From: Rhodospirillales bacterium
Lineage (GTDB): Bacteria > Pseudomonadota > Alphaproteobacteria > Dongiales > Dongiaceae
Direction: 5' to 3'
Assembly: GCA_009885795.1 (NCBI GenBank)
Contig: VFKA01000010.1
Location: forward strand, 4,695-68,694
DNA: 64,000 bases
A program made the translations under genes and the position numbers. Below the pieces are notes generated by a model. The model made no database searches and was not told where the DNA came from. It was given only the letters and a program-made list of their open reading frames with translations. Each line of letters starts with the position of its first letter. Position 1 is the first letter of the stretch. Shown one piece after another: positions 1-8,884 of this stretch.

Positions 1-492
1 GCTGGCGAAATTGGCCAGCACCTGTCCCTTGTCGCGGACGAGCGCGTGATTGAAGCGCGCGGTGAAGTGGCGCTCGCGCGGGCTAGGCGGGGTGTCCTCG
101 ACCGGTCGGCCCTCGGCCAGCCACTTCGGCAGACCGCCATCCAGCACGGCGACGTCGTCATGCCCGAACACGCGGAACATCCACCAGACCCGCGGCGCCG
201 ACATGATCCCGTGCCGGTCGTAGACGACGATGCGGTTGCCATCGCCGAGGCCAAGACGCCGGACGCGGGCCGCGAACTTCTCCGGGCTCGGCAGCATGTG
301 CGGCAGATCGGTCGCGGTATCGGCGATCTCGTCGATGTCGAAGAAGACGGCGCCGGGAATATGGCCGGCGTCGAACTCGGCCCGCGCGTCGCGGTTCTGG
401 CTCGGCAGGAACCAGGTCGCGTCGACCACGCGGATGTCGGGCGCGTCGAGCCGTTCGGCCAGCCACTCGGTGCCGACCAGACTGTCAGCCAC
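1..492 (-). CDS. sseA: 3-mercaptopyruvate sulfurtransferase / rhodanese-domain protein, N-terminal 164 codons (rest lies beyond window start)
   Basis: Not in the ORF track (GTG start at 492, runs off the window). My reverse-strand translation is VADSLVGTEWLAERLDAPDIRVVDATWFLPSQNRDARAEFDAGHIPGAVFFDIDEIAD..., a typical SseA/MST N-terminus. The frame is GC3-rich and overlaps the stop of the upstream gene by 8 nt. Confidence 0.75.
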   Translation of the reverse strand, partial: MADSLVGTEWLAERLDAPDIRVVDATWFLPSQNRDARAEFDAGHIPGAVFFDIDEIADTATDLPHMLPSPEKFAARVRRLGLGDGNRIVVYDRHGIMSAPRVWWMFRVFGHDDVAVLDGGLPKWLAEGRPVEDTPPSPRERHFTARFNHALVRDKGQVLANFAS

Positions 493-1204
493 GGAAGGCA
501 ACGTTGACACGGCGATTCTGCCGGCCCTTGCTTTCGATCTTGGCGACCTCGACGGCGCCGATCTCGGCCGTGCGCGCGACATGCGTGCCGCCGCAGGGTT
601 GGAGATCGACACCCTCGATGTCGAGGAGGCGCACGCGGCCCTGGCCGACCGGCGGCTTCACCGACATGGTGCGCACGAGTTCGGGCCGCGCCGCCAGCTC
701 CTCGTCGGTGATCCAGCGCGGCCGGACCGGATGGTCCTCGGCGACGAGGCGGTTGAGCTCGGCGGTGATATGCGCCTTGTCGAGCTGGGTGTCCGGCAGG
801 TTGAAATCGAGCCGGCCCTTGCCGTCGCTTACCTGCCCGCCGGTCACCTCGCCGGTGACGATCGCGCTCAGGAGGTGAAGGCAGGTGTGCATGCGCATGA
901 GGCGGTGGCGACGCTCCCAATCGAGCTCGGCCGTCACCTCGGCGCCGGCGGCGGGCAGGCCCACGCCGGGCGCCGGCACATGCCAGATCTCGTCGGGCCC
1001 GTCGCCCTTGCGGGTGTTGACGATGGCGATGGTGGAACCGTCGGCGAGACGCAAAGTGCCGGTGTCGCCGGGCTGGCCGCCGCTCTCGGCGTAGAAGACC
1101 GTGCGGTCGAGGCGGATGCCTCGCTCGCCCACGGCCTCGATACGCGCGGCGCAGGATCTCGCGTACGGGTCGTCGCGGAACAGTAACAGGGTCATGCCAG
1201 CCAC
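485..1204 (-). CDS. AlaX-type alanyl-tRNA editing protein (Thr/Ala-tRNA synthetase editing domain)
   Basis: 239-aa ORF with the HxxxH (MHTCLHLL) and CGGTH metal/editing motifs of AlaX/AlaRS editing domains. Start could be 1204 or 1195. Confidence 0.8.
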   Translation of the reverse strand: MAGMTLLLFRDDPYARSCAARIEAVGERGIRLDRTVFYAESGGQPGDTGTLRLADGSTIAIVNTRKGDGPDEIWHVPAPGVGLPAAGAEVTAELDWERRHRLMRMHTCLHLLSAIVTGEVTGGQVSDGKGRLDFNLPDTQLDKAHITAELNRLVAEDHPVRPRWITDEELAARPELVRTMSVKPPVGQGRVRLLDIEGVDLQPCGGTHVARTAEIGAVEVAKIESKGRQNRRVNVAFRG

Positions 1205-2193
1205 TCGGGGTAGGGAAGGTTCTTCGACTTCAAGAATGCCGGATTGAACAGCCGGCTCAGATAGCGCGTGCCGTAATCGGCGAGGATGGTGACGATGGTG
1301 TGGCCCGGCCCCATGTCGCGGGCAAGCCGCACGGCGCCGGCGACGTTGACGCCGCTCGACCCGCCGAGACAGAGACCCTCATGCTTCAGCAGGTCGAAGA
1401 TGCAAGTCACCGATTCCGCGTCCGGGATCAGGTAAGCGTCGTCGATCTTGGCGCCTTCGAGGTTCTTGGTGATGCGCCCCTGGCCGATGCCTTCGGTGAT
1501 CGAGCTGCCCTCGGACTTCAATTCGCCGTGCTTGTAGTAGTTGTAGAGCGCGGCGCCCGGCGGGTCGGCGAGGCCGACGCGGATCGCCGGATTGCGTTCC
1601 TTCAGGTACTTGCCGATTCCGGCCAGCGTCCCGCCGGTCCCGACCGAGCAGATGAATCCGTCGACCTTGCCGCCGGTCTGGCGCCAGATCTCGGGGCCCG
1701 TGCCGTTGTAGTGGCCGTCGCGGTTGGCGACGTTGTCGAACTGGTTGGCCCAGATCGCCCCGTTGGGTTCGCTTCCGGCAAGCTCCGCGGCGAGGCGCCC
1801 GGAGACATGAACATAATTGTTCGGGTCCTTGTACGGCACCGCCGGAACCTCGCGCAGGTCGGCGCCGCACAGGCGCAGCATGTCCTTCTTTTCTTGCGAC
1901 TGCGTCTCCGGGATGACGATCACGGTGCGGTAGCCGCGCGCGTTGGCGACCAGCGCGAGGCCGATGCCGGTGTTGCCGGCGGTGCCCTCGACGATGACGC
2001 CGCCGGGCCTGAGCTCGCCCTTGGCCTCGGCGTCGAGGACGATGTAGAGCGCGGCGCGGTCCTTCACCGAGCTGCCGGGGTTCAGGAACTCGGCCTTGCC
2101 CAGGATGGTGCACCCCGTCGCCGCCGACGCGCGCTGCAACTTGATCAGCGGGGTGTCGCCGATCGTACCGAGAAATCCGTCGCGAATGTCCAT
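1192..2193 (-). CDS. PLP-dependent cysteine synthase family protein (CysK/CBS-like)
   Basis: 333 aa with GDTPLIKL...LNPGSSVKDR (PLP lysine) and the SVGTGGTLAG loop. Confidence 0.85.
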   Translation of the reverse strand: MDIRDGFLGTIGDTPLIKLQRASAATGCTILGKAEFLNPGSSVKDRAALYIVLDAEAKGELRPGGVIVEGTAGNTGIGLALVANARGYRTVIVIPETQSQEKKDMLRLCGADLREVPAVPYKDPNNYVHVSGRLAAELAGSEPNGAIWANQFDNVANRDGHYNGTGPEIWRQTGGKVDGFICSVGTGGTLAGIGKYLKERNPAIRVGLADPPGAALYNYYKHGELKSEGSSITEGIGQGRITKNLEGAKIDDAYLIPDAESVTCIFDLLKHEGLCLGGSSGVNVAGAVRLARDMGPGHTIVTILADYGTRYLSRLFNPAFLKSKNLPYPEWLA

Positions 2194-2225
2194 GGCCGAT
2201 TTCTAGCCGGCTTTGGCCCCTTCGT

Positions 2226-3680
2226 TCAACGTTCGTAATGCGCCGGCACGTGGCGATAGGGATAGAGCGTCAGATCGGGGGAGGCGGGGCCGGGGGCGTC
2301 CACCTCGACGATGGCGGCCAGAATGGGCTGGAAGGCGGCGCGGAAGTGGTTCTTGGCCTTGGCGCAAAGCAGCCGCGTGGCGCCGAGATCGATGCCGTGC
2401 AGCGCGAAATAGGCGGGATCGTTGGGCGACTGGCAGCTTTCGGTCACGATCGCCTTGAGCGGGCCGGCGGTCAGCACGGCGGTGCGGCCGAGATCGACGG
2501 GAAGATGCGTCTCCATCGGCCCGACATTGCGGAAGCGCCCGCCGGTCAGGCGCTCGACGGTCCCGGCGAAGGGCACCGGCGGGCCGAATTGGCCGGTGAG
2601 CCGGCCGCCAAGCGGCCGGTCGATGGCGCCGCCGATCCCGGCACGATGAGCCGCGGCGACGGCCTCCGGGTCGCAAAAGAACGCGAAGACCGCCGGCACC
2701 GTAGGCCGTAGGTCCATGAGCGCTCGAAAAAGGCCCGGCGTATCGCCGATCCCGCCCGAGAGCGGGTTGTCGGCGGGATCGAGGACCGCGACCGCGCCGG
2801 GCGTCGCCAGCGCCTGGGCTATTCCCGAAGCAGGGTCCGGCAGCGACACGCGGAACCGGCCGCGCCGCGCCGCCAGGGCGGCGATCAACTCGCCGGCGGC
2901 AGCTTCCGCCAACGGGCGGTCGCCGTCGGCGTAGACGAGCGCGCTCGGGCCCGCGTGCGGTGAGTCGCCATAGGCGAAGCCGCCGAAGACGGTCGCCTCC
3001 AAGATTCCAGGCTTGCGCCGCCATTCGCGGGCCAGCGCCATCACCTCCGCCATCGGCCCGTCGGTCGTGCGCATGTTGAAGCTGCCGAGGATGGCCGGGA
3101 GCTTCGCCAGGGCGCCCGCCGGCCTGACGCGGCCCTCCGCCGTCAGAGCCAGAAGCCGCAGCGCCTCCGCCCCGGCCTCGAACATGTCGGTGTGCGGATA
3201 GGTCTTGTAGCCGACGGCGATATCGACCAGGTCGAGCAGCGGCGGCCCCAAATTCGCATGGAGGTCGAAGCTGGCGCCGATCGTGGCCTTACCGCACGCG
3301 CGCCGCGCCGCATCCAGAAGATAGAGGTCGGCGGCGGGCCGGGCGGGCGTCACCAGGGCGCCGTGCAGCGACAGATAGACCGCGTCCCAGGGTTGTGTTG
3401 CAAGGCCGCCGACGATTTCCTCGACGATCGTGTCGAAATCCTCGTCCGGGACCGGACCGCCCGGCGGAGCGGCGGCGCAGCGCAGGAACGTCACGTCCCA
3501 ATCGGCCCGCCGGCGCGCGAATTCGACCGCGGCGCCAAGCTCGGTGTTGGCGCCGTCGTAAAACGCCCACGCCGCGTCGCCGCGGACCCACTCCCGGCGG
3601 TGGAAGTCGGCAAGGCGCGTCGGCACCGGCGAGAACGAGTTGCCCTCATGCCAAAGACGGGCGATGGCGAGGTGTTTCAT
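2226..3680 (-). CDS. M81 family metallopeptidase (MlrC-like)
   Basis: ORF 2226..3743. Likely start is MKHLAIARLWHEGNSFSP, an MlrC-type N-terminus. The upstream 21 codons overlap a repeat element. Confidence 0.7.
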   Translation of the reverse strand: MKHLAIARLWHEGNSFSPVPTRLADFHRREWVRGDAAWAFYDGANTELGAAVEFARRRADWDVTFLRCAAAPPGGPVPDEDFDTIVEEIVGGLATQPWDAVYLSLHGALVTPARPAADLYLLDAARRACGKATIGASFDLHANLGPPLLDLVDIAVGYKTYPHTDMFEAGAEALRLLALTAEGRVRPAGALAKLPAILGSFNMRTTDGPMAEVMALAREWRRKPGILEATVFGGFAYGDSPHAGPSALVYADGDRPLAEAAAGELIAALAARRGRFRVSLPDPASGIAQALATPGAVAVLDPADNPLSGGIGDTPGLFRALMDLRPTVPAVFAFFCDPEAVAAAHRAGIGGAIDRPLGGRLTGQFGPPVPFAGTVERLTGGRFRNVGPMETHLPVDLGRTAVLTAGPLKAIVTESCQSPNDPAYFALHGIDLGATRLLCAKAKNHFRAAFQPILAAIVEVDAPGPASPDLTLYPYRHVPAHYER

Positions 3681-3736
3681 GTGGGACCGATGATGCCGCC
3701 GTAAGGTAGTTTCACTCGTACCCTGGTATAGCGACT

Positions 3737-3820
3737 TTGTCATCGCCGGGCGAAGACCCGGCGATCCACGGCGCCATGGCGAGACGGATGCCCGGCTCGG
3801 AGGCCGGGCAAGACAATATG
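3737..3820. repeat. Family C intergenic repeat (hairpin units GCCGGGC-N-GCCCGGC; translated signature ...PG.DPAIH...)
   Basis: tcatcgccgggcgaagacccggcgatccacgg followed by atgcccggctcggaggccgggcaagacaat. Related copies are at 26833, 26995, 41256, 41364 and 62637. Confidence 0.7.
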
Positions 3821-3874
3821 GACGGAGCCATATGTCGGAATTGGTACACGATTGTCACAATGAAAGGCGACGCC

Positions 3875-5110
3875 ATGGAGACGAGATTCGAGAAGCTGAC
3901 GTTCCCGGGCTCGATGGGTACGGCGCTGGCGGCGCGGCTCGAGCTTCCGGCGGCTAAGCCCACGGCCTTTGCCCTCTTCGCGCATTGCTTCACCTGCACC
4001 AAGGATATTTTCGCCGCCGGGCGCATCGCCGGCGCGCTGGCCGAGAAGGGCATCGCGGTCTTGCGCTTCGATTTCACCGGGCTCGGCGCCAGCGAAGGCG
4101 ACTTCGCCAACACCAATTTCAGCTCCAACGTCGCCGACCTGGTGAAGGCGGCCGACTTCCTGCGCGAGCGGTACCGGGCGCCAAGCCTGCTCATCGGGCA
4201 CAGCCTGGGCGGCGCCGCGGTTCTGGCGGCGGCGGGCGAAATACCGGAGGCGCTCGCGGTCGCTACCATCGGCGCGCCGGCCGACCCGGCTCATGTCGCG
4301 AAACACTTCACCGACGCGATCCCGGACATCGAGAAATCCGGCGAGGCCGAGGTGCTGCTGGCCGGGCGCCCATTCCGTGTCAAGAAGCAGTTCCTCGACG
4401 ACATCGCCGGCCAGCGGCTGAAGGAGCGCATCGCGCGTTTGGGCAAGGCGCTGCTCATCTTCCATTCGCCGACCGATACGATCGTCGGCATCGACAACGC
4501 GCGCGCGATCTACGAGGCGGCGCGGCACCCGAAGAGCTTCATATCACTCGACGACGCCGACCACCTCTTGAGCCGGCGCGCGGACGCCGTCTATGTCGCC
4601 GAGGTGCTGGCGGCATGGGCGGGCCGCTACATCGCCGAAGCCGGCGCGGCGGCGTCCGAGGCCGAGAGGCCGGAACCTGGCACGGTCTTGGTCGAGGAGG
4701 CGGGGACGGCCATCGGAAGGCTGGCCCAGACGATCCGGGCCGGGCGCCATCGGCTTGCCGCCGACGAGCCCACGGAGTCAGGCGGCGCCGACACCGGCCC
4801 CAACCCCTATGAGTATCTCCTTGCCGGCCTCGGCGCCTGCACCTCCATGACGCTCCGGCTCTATGCCGACCACAAGAAATGGCCGCTGGAGCGGGTCCGG
4901 GTGCGCCTCGCCCACGCCAAGATTCACGCCCAGGACTGCGCCGATTGCGAGACCAAAGACGGCAAGATCGACCGCATCGAGCGGCGGATCGAGCTCGCCG
5001 GACCCCTCGACGAAGGCCAGCGCCAGCGGCTTCTCGAGATCGCCAACAAATGTCCGGTCCACCGCACGCTGGAATCCGAGATCGGGATCGTGACCGCCCT
5101 GGCCGGCTGA
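3875..5110 (+). CDS. bifunctional alpha/beta hydrolase - OsmC-family protein
   Basis: ORF 3737..5110 with probable start METRFEKLTF. Has the GHSLGG nucleophile elbow and a C-terminal OsmC-like segment GPNPYEYLLAGLGACTSMTLRLYA. Confidence 0.75.
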   Translation: METRFEKLTFPGSMGTALAARLELPAAKPTAFALFAHCFTCTKDIFAAGRIAGALAEKGIAVLRFDFTGLGASEGDFANTNFSSNVADLVKAADFLRERYRAPSLLIGHSLGGAAVLAAAGEIPEALAVATIGAPADPAHVAKHFTDAIPDIEKSGEAEVLLAGRPFRVKKQFLDDIAGQRLKERIARLGKALLIFHSPTDTIVGIDNARAIYEAARHPKSFISLDDADHLLSRRADAVYVAEVLAAWAGRYIAEAGAAASEAERPEPGTVLVEEAGTAIGRLAQTIRAGRHRLAADEPTESGGADTGPNPYEYLLAGLGACTSMTLRLYADHKKWPLERVRVRLAHAKIHAQDCADCETKDGKIDRIERRIELAGPLDEGQRQRLLEIANKCPVHRTLESEIGIVTALAG

Positions 5111-5249
5111 CGGCCAAAGGATTTACTTGATCCAACGGGCGGTCCCTTGCATGCTACCTCCATTCCGGCCTGGGCTTACGCCATGGGCGGGTCTGCCGGT
5201 ACTGAGATTCGTGGATACGGCGACAAAACCCCGAGGGAGGAATCACTAA

Positions 5250-6932
5250 ATGAGCGAAGACCTTAAGAAAACACACTCGTATTTGCCGAAGCTCGTGGGC
5301 GAGCTCGGTTCGGGCAAGTTGGATCGGCGCGAGTTCCTGCGCATCTCGACGCTGCTCGGCATGTCGGCCGGCGCGGCCTATGCGCTGGTGGGCATGCAGG
5401 ATCCGTTCGGCAAGCCGGCAAAGGCGGCCATGGGCGGCACGGTTCGGATATCGATGCGCGTGCAGCCGATCGATAGCCCTCACACCTATTCGTGGATCCA
5501 GGATTCGATGATGTCGCGCAACGTCATCGAGTACCTGACGCTGACCGGCTCGGACAATGTCACCCGTCCGTGGCTGTGCGAGAGTTGGGAAGCGAGCGAC
5601 GATCTCAAGACCTGGACGCTCAAGCTGCGCCAGGACGTGAAGTGGTCGAATGGCGATCCCTTCGTCGCCGACCACGTGATCTGGAACATCAAGCGCTGCC
5701 TCGATCCGGCCACCGGTTCGTCGGTGCTCGGTCTCATGAAAGGCTACATGCTCAAGGACGTCGATACCGGCACGAAAGACGCCGAGGGCAATGCCGTCAT
5801 GACAACCGAACTCTGGGACGCCAATGCCATCGAGAAGGTGGACGACCATACCGTCAGGCTGAATGCACAGGCGGCGCAGTTGGCCGTGCCGGAACACTTC
5901 TTCCACTATCCGTTCCCGATGATGCACCCGAGCTCGGAAGGCAAGTTCACGGGCGTGGGCTCGATCGGCACCGGCTGGGCCGAGATGGTCGAGTTCGAGC
6001 TCGGCAAGAAATGCGTGGTGAAGAAGCGGCCGGGCTACTGGCACGGCGACGGCGCGCTCGACTCGGTCGAATACATCGACCATGGCGACGACCCGGCGGC
6101 GTCGCTGGCGGCGGTGGCTTCCGGCCAGGCGGACGGCATTTGGGAGGTGCAGACCTCGCAGATCGCCGCGCTGAAGAAAATGGAGAACATCACGCTCTAT
6201 GAGTCCGTGACCGCGCAGACCGCGGTGGCCCGCATGCAGCCGATCCACGATACCTGGAAGGATCCTCGGATCCGCAAGGCGATGCGGCTCTGTATCGACG
6301 GGGAGAAGGTCTTGCAGGTGGCGTATCTCGGCCTCGGCGTTCCGGCGGAGCATCACCACGTCGCGCCGGTTCATCCGGAGTACGCCAAGCTGCCGTTCAT
6401 GAAACAGGACATCGAGGGCGCCAAGAAGCTGCTGGCGGAGGCCGGCAAGCCGGACGGCTTCGAGTCGGAGCTGAACTGCAAGAAGGATCCGGACTGGGAA
6501 TCGCGCGCCTGCAACGCCATGGCGGAAATGTGGAAGCAGGCCGGGATCAACATCAAGGTCAATGTCCTGCCGTCCGACCAGTTTTGGAATATCTGGAACG
6601 CGGACACGAACCCGTTCGGCTTCACGACCTGGACGCACCGGCCGCTGGGCGTCATGGTGCTGGGGCTTGCCTATCGTACGGGCGTGCCGTGGAACGAGTC
6701 CTTTTGGTCGAACGCAACGTTCGACGAGCTCCTGTCCAAGGCCGAAGGCACCCTCGACGTCGACGCGCGTCGTGCCATTGTGCAGGAGATCGAGACCCTC
6801 ATGCAGGAAGAAGGTCCGATCGTCCAGCCGTTGTGGCGCTCGGTGTTCAACTGCATGGACAAGAAGGTGAAGGGTTTCGCCGGCCATCCCACGGGATACG
6901 TCTTCCCCTGGGATTGGTCGCTCGAAGGCTAA
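5250..6932 (+). CDS. ABC transporter substrate-binding protein, peptide/nickel (family 5) type
   Basis: 560 aa with a Tat-like DRREFLRISTLLGMSAGAAYA signal and a GAGGGAGG RBS upstream. It is followed by two permeases and a fused ATPase. Confidence 0.85.
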   Translation: MSEDLKKTHSYLPKLVGELGSGKLDRREFLRISTLLGMSAGAAYALVGMQDPFGKPAKAAMGGTVRISMRVQPIDSPHTYSWIQDSMMSRNVIEYLTLTGSDNVTRPWLCESWEASDDLKTWTLKLRQDVKWSNGDPFVADHVIWNIKRCLDPATGSSVLGLMKGYMLKDVDTGTKDAEGNAVMTTELWDANAIEKVDDHTVRLNAQAAQLAVPEHFFHYPFPMMHPSSEGKFTGVGSIGTGWAEMVEFELGKKCVVKKRPGYWHGDGALDSVEYIDHGDDPAASLAAVASGQADGIWEVQTSQIAALKKMENITLYESVTAQTAVARMQPIHDTWKDPRIRKAMRLCIDGEKVLQVAYLGLGVPAEHHHVAPVHPEYAKLPFMKQDIEGAKKLLAEAGKPDGFESELNCKKDPDWESRACNAMAEMWKQAGINIKVNVLPSDQFWNIWNADTNPFGFTTWTHRPLGVMVLGLAYRTGVPWNESFWSNATFDELLSKAEGTLDVDARRAIVQEIETLMQEEGPIVQPLWRSVFNCMDKKVKGFAGHPTGYVFPWDWSLEG

Positions 6933-7017
6933 GCGGAGGGGAAATGGGGCGGGTATCCGAAGGGATGCCCGCCCCTGGGGTCCCGCGTCGCGGCCGATCC
7001 GACAGCCGGGAGGGGGC

Positions 7018-7989
7018 ATGACGGCATTCTTCGCCAAGCGAATCGGCATGCTTTTCTTCATCATGCTCGTGGTGTCGTTTCTTGTATTCCTGACATTCGA
7101 GTTTTCGCCCATCGACCTGGCACGCAGCGTGCTGGGCCAGTTCGCGACCGAGGCACAGCTTGCGGTGTATCGTGCCGAGCACTGCCTCGAATGGCCGTTC
7201 CTGGAGCGGTATCTGGCTTGGCTCGGCGTCGTGCCCGACTGCAAGGGCGAGATCAATGGAATCCTCCAAGGCTATTTCGGCTATTCGTACCAGTTCAGGG
7301 CCGACGTCGACGTTTTCGTCTGGGACCGCCTCGGCAACTCGGCGATTCTGGCGCTGACGGCCTTTGCCATCATCGCCCCACTCTCGATCGTACTCGGCGT
7401 GCTTGCCGGCATGCGCGAAGGGTCGTGGTTCGACCGTGCCATCTCGCTGTTCAGCACCATCACCACCTCGGTACCGGAGTTCGGCACCGGCGCCATCCTG
7501 CTGACGATATTCGTGGTGTGGCTGAACGTGCTGCCCGGCACGACGCCGCTCGAGGAGAGCGGCGGCTGGTCCATCGCCTCGCAACTCGTGCTGCCGGTGA
7601 CGACGCTGACGGCCTATTATCTGGGCTATCTGGTGCGCATGGTCCGTGCCTCGATGGTCGAGGTGATGGCGCGCCCTTATGTCCGAACCGCCATCCTCAA
7701 GGGGCTGTCGTTTCGCGAGGTGGTCGTGAAGCACGCGATGCGGAACGCGTTGATAACGCCGTTCACGGCGATCCTGCTGCAACTCAACTTCCTCTTCACC
7801 AGCGTGGTCGTGGTCGAGGCCGTGTTCGGCTTTCCGGGCTTCGGGCGGATGCTGGTCGAGGCGGCGCTCAGGAGCGACGTGTCGACAGTGGAGGCGGCGT
7901 CGCTCTTTGCCGTGCTCGTCGTGGTGACGTCGCAGATCGCCGGCGATTTCGCCTACATGATTCTCAACCCCCGCATCCGTTTCAGTTGA
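7018..7989 (+). CDS. ABC transporter permease (DppB/OppB-like)
   Basis: 323 aa, multi-spanning hydrophobic, with a typical DppB-like N-terminus. In operon with the SBP. Confidence 0.85.
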   Translation: MTAFFAKRIGMLFFIMLVVSFLVFLTFEFSPIDLARSVLGQFATEAQLAVYRAEHCLEWPFLERYLAWLGVVPDCKGEINGILQGYFGYSYQFRADVDVFVWDRLGNSAILALTAFAIIAPLSIVLGVLAGMREGSWFDRAISLFSTITTSVPEFGTGAILLTIFVVWLNVLPGTTPLEESGGWSIASQLVLPVTTLTAYYLGYLVRMVRASMVEVMARPYVRTAILKGLSFREVVVKHAMRNALITPFTAILLQLNFLFTSVVVVEAVFGFPGFGRMLVEAALRSDVSTVEAASLFAVLVVVTSQIAGDFAYMILNPRIRFS

Positions 7990-7997
7990 GTAGGGAA

Positions 7998-8879
7998 ATG
8001 AGCGCGAACGCGATTCCTCGACAAACAGCACGCCGCGCCGTCTGGCCCGGATGGTTGGCCGGCGTGCAACGTCTGGGCGAGTCTCCGGTCGGCATGGTGG
8101 GGGCCGGCCTCGTGCTGTTCTGGTGCCTGGCGGCGATTTTCGCGCCGTGGCTCGCGCCCTATGACCCCAATGCCAACCACTTCGACGTGGGTCCGGTGGC
8201 GCCGCCCTCGGCGGCCTATTGGCTGGGAACCGACGATCAGGGGCGCGATATCCTGTCGCGCATCATCTTCGGTTCGCGCATCGTGCTGACGATAGCGCCG
8301 CTCGCGACGCTCTGCGCCTATGTCGTGGGCTGTGTCATCGGGCTGCTCGCCGGCTACTACCGTGGCTGGGTCGACACGGTGCTGATGCAGGTCTGCAATA
8401 TCATCCTGTCGTTTCCGGTCCTGATCCTCTACGTCATCATCATGGTGAAGTTCGGGCCCTCGGCCATCAACATCATCGCGGCGGTGACGTTCGTCGCCTC
8501 GCCGCAGGTGGCGCGCCTGGTGCGCAGCCAGACGCTGGAGCTGCGCGAGCGCGAGTATGTCGCCGCCGCCAAGATGCGGGGCGAATCCGCCTGGTACATC
8601 ATGCTGATCGAGATACTGCCCAACGCGCGGGGGCCGCTCATCGTCGATGCCTGCCTGCGCACCGGTTACACCGCCATCACCATCGGCACCCTCGGGTTCC
8701 TGGGCGTGGGCCTGCGTCCGCCCGATCCGGACTGGGGCGGCATGATCCGGGACACCTACGGCTTCCTTTTGGGCGGCGACGTTCACATGGCCTTGGCGCC
8801 GGCCTTCGCGCTTTCCTCGCTGGTCGTCGGGTTCAGCCTGCTGGCCGACGGCCTGCGCGAAGTCAGCATGCGGGATTAG
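7998..8879 (+). CDS. ABC transporter permease (DppC/OppC-like)
   Basis: Internal ATG of ORF 7191..8879 (MSANAIPRQ...). EAA-type loop AAKMRGESAWYIMLIEILPNARGPL. The upstream part of the ORF is a shadow frame of the previous gene. Confidence 0.85.
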   Translation: MSANAIPRQTARRAVWPGWLAGVQRLGESPVGMVGAGLVLFWCLAAIFAPWLAPYDPNANHFDVGPVAPPSAAYWLGTDDQGRDILSRIIFGSRIVLTIAPLATLCAYVVGCVIGLLAGYYRGWVDTVLMQVCNIILSFPVLILYVIIMVKFGPSAINIIAAVTFVASPQVARLVRSQTLELREREYVAAAKMRGESAWYIMLIEILPNARGPLIVDACLRTGYTAITIGTLGFLGVGLRPPDPDWGGMIRDTYGFLLGGDVHMALAPAFALSSLVVGFSLLADGLREVSMRD

Positions 8880-8884
8880 AGGAT

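Noticed and set aside
5154-7256. 700-aa ORF on the minus strand spanning the SBP and first permease genes
   Set aside because: It is Arg/His/Pro/Gly-rich and low in complexity, with no motifs. It lies exactly antisense to two well-supported plus-strand genes. This is the typical open antisense frame of a GC-rich genome.
7191-7997. Upstream extensions of the second permease ORF (7191..8879) and of the ATPase ORF (8219..10963)
   Set aside because: The extensions are out-of-frame overlaps of the preceding genes with Arg-rich junk sequence. Internal ATGs at 7998 and 8885 give canonical N-termini and short intergenic gaps.
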